Source of the DNA: a virus | Lineage: Duplodnaviria > Caudoviricetes | Length of the DNA stretch: 43,534 bases | Reading direction: 5' to 3' (one strand) | IMG/VR virus record: IMGVR_UViG_3300032277_000012 | Location: 1 to 43,534 of that record | Part shown: piece by piece, positions 42,517-43,534 of the stretch | How the letters are laid out: each line of letters opens with the position of its first letter | Position numbering within the stretch: the stretch's first letter is position 1 | The notes under the pieces: generated by a model | What the model was told of the DNA's origin: nothing | The model's database searches: none | What the model saw: only the letters and a program-made list of their open reading frames with translations | Position numbers and translations under genes: made by a program

Positions 42517-43534
42517 GCATTAATCCACTCAGTCCCAAAGTGAGAGTTTCTGAGGTCTTGGACGACGAGCGTTTCCGCTGGTGTATCCATAGCCTTCCTA
42601 TCTTCGCGAGCCACGAGCGCAACGGTGAGGAGATTGACGAACGTTGGCTCAAGGTGGCAGCCAATCGCGCCAATCGGGCCAGCATGGAGGACCGCAACTA
42701 TCTTTCCTCAGCCCATACAAAACACCACCCCTCCCCCAAGATGTCGGGCATGGGCGACAACCGAAGAATGGGCTTTCTTAGCAAGTATTGGGCAGGTCAG
42801 TATTTACTTGAGGGGAATCCCCACTGGGTTTTGTTCGCGGACGTTCTCGTTGAGAATGACGAGCAGCTTGAGGAGATAAAGGGCTTGCCTTACCGCTCGG
42901 TAGAGGTGGCGGACTTGCGGGACGAGTGGGTTGGCTCCTTGGCTTTCATGGCCACGGAAGAACCTTGGTTCCACTTCCCTCACCCTATCTTTGTGTTTGA
43001 GGGCCAAACTCAGTCAGCATTTAACAAATTCGCGTCAATCAGTTATTGTCGAAGTGACGGGTCCGGCTTAGGATTCCTGAAAAACGAAAGGTATCAAATG
43101 GAAGATATGAATCAACCAGAGCAAGCCGAGGCCAACCCAATCGCGGCCGTTATTGACGGCAAGGTTGGCCCAATGGTCCAAGAAGCCGTTGCTTCAGCCC
43201 TTGAGGGTTTTGACTTCATGCCAATGATCGAGAAAGCCGTCCAGGCTCAACTTGCTGGTATGGGTGGCCCCGCTGAAGTGGACGCCATGGCTGAAGAGCC
43301 TACGGAAGAGTTCGCGGCCGAGACAACACCAGAGGAAGAAAAGAAGCCCGTCGCGGCTTCTCGCGTCCAACAAGACAGCGCCATGTATGGCCGTGTTCGT
43401 GCGCTCCAGGCTCGCGTTGAGCAACTTGAGAGCGGGACAAAGCGCGTTGAGGGTTTGGTTTGGGCTCGCGAGCAGCTCCGCGACTACCCCGCCGGTAAGC
43501 TTATCTCCGACGACGAATTGAACGCGGAAGCCAA
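42513..43534 (+). CDS. Mu-like prohead protease/scaffold (5' part; continues over the junction to 389; about 427 aa)
   Basis: Manually translated open frame from ATG 42513 (ATGA overlap); H...LPYRSVEV...VGSLAFMATEEP resembles Mu gpI protease; absent from the ORF track because it has no stop inside the window end. Confidence 0.75.
   Translation, partial: MSINPLSPKVRVSEVLDDERFRWCIHSLPIFASHERNGEEIDERWLKVAANRANRASMEDRNYLSSAHTKHHPSPKMSGMGDNRRMGFLSKYWAGQYLLEGNPHWVLFADVLVENDEQLEEIKGLPYRSVEVADLRDEWVGSLAFMATEEPWFHFPHPIFVFEGQTQSAFNKFASISYCRSDGSGLGFLKNERYQMEDMNQPEQAEANPIAAVIDGKVGPMVQEAVASALEGFDFMPMIEKAVQAQLAGMGGPAEVDAMAEEPTEEFAAETTPEEEKKPVAASRVQQDSAMYGRVRALQARVEQLESGTKRVEGLVWAREQLRDYPAGKLISDDELNAEA
43408..43534. 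repeat. Terminal direct repeat, right copy
   Basis: Identical to 1-127. Confidence 0.97.

Larger units (their letters stand above)
1..43534. mobile_element. Complete circular(ly permuted) tailed dsDNA phage genome with Mu-like head module, unit length 43,407 bp
   Basis: Terminase, portal, capsid, neck and tail genes in phage-typical order; identical 127-bp ends; an ORF reads through the junction in frame. Confidence 0.95.

Noticed and set aside
1-43407. Apparent CCTG depletion and CTTG/CAAG enrichment as restriction-site avoidance
   Set aside because: The reverse complement CAGG is common (about 10 in 4201-6060), so the effect is strand-specific and attributable to Leu codon usage
1-43407. 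Diversity-generating retroelement, retron, intron/intein or CRISPR array
   Set aside because: No reverse-transcriptase, intein or homing-endonuclease motifs seen, and no repeat-spacer array; the 57-bp repeat differences are not adenine-specific
43408-43534. 127-bp identical ends as biological terminal repeats
   Set aside because: The length equals a common assembler k-mer and the repeat falls mid-gene; best explained as circular-contig overlap

Overview
The window is an apparently complete, circularly assembled tailed dsDNA phage genome of 43,407 bp plus a 127-bp end overlap (1-127 = 43408-43534). It has a Mu-like head module (TerS, TerL, DUF935-type portal, gpF-like minor head protein, protease/scaffold spanning the junction, capsid cement, gpT-like major capsid protein, gp36- and gpG-like neck proteins). 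I could not recognise a transposase, integrase, DNA polymerase, helicase/primase, tail sheath or endolysin. The tail looks non-contractile, with a very short (202 aa) tape-measure-like protein. An initiator-like tRNA-Met(CAT) follows the capsid gene. A leftward early region (16.3-23.3 kb) carries an extended ERF recombinase, a stand-alone ADP-ribosyltransferase-fold protein, a histone-H1-like protein, a double zinc finger and proteins sharing an N-terminal leader, driven by repeated promoter modules. The main candidate new system is a putative DNA (or virion) hypermodification toolkit: a coupled operon of class I SAM methyltransferase, IbrA/PAPS-reductase-like PP-loop enzyme, 2OG-Fe(II) oxygenase and IbrB/ParB-like protein, plus a glycosyltransferase::amino-DNA-methyltransferase fusion between portal and gpF. 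The tetramer GATG/CATC is strongly depleted in every core region I counted. All protein assignments come from motif recognition by eye; no searches were run.
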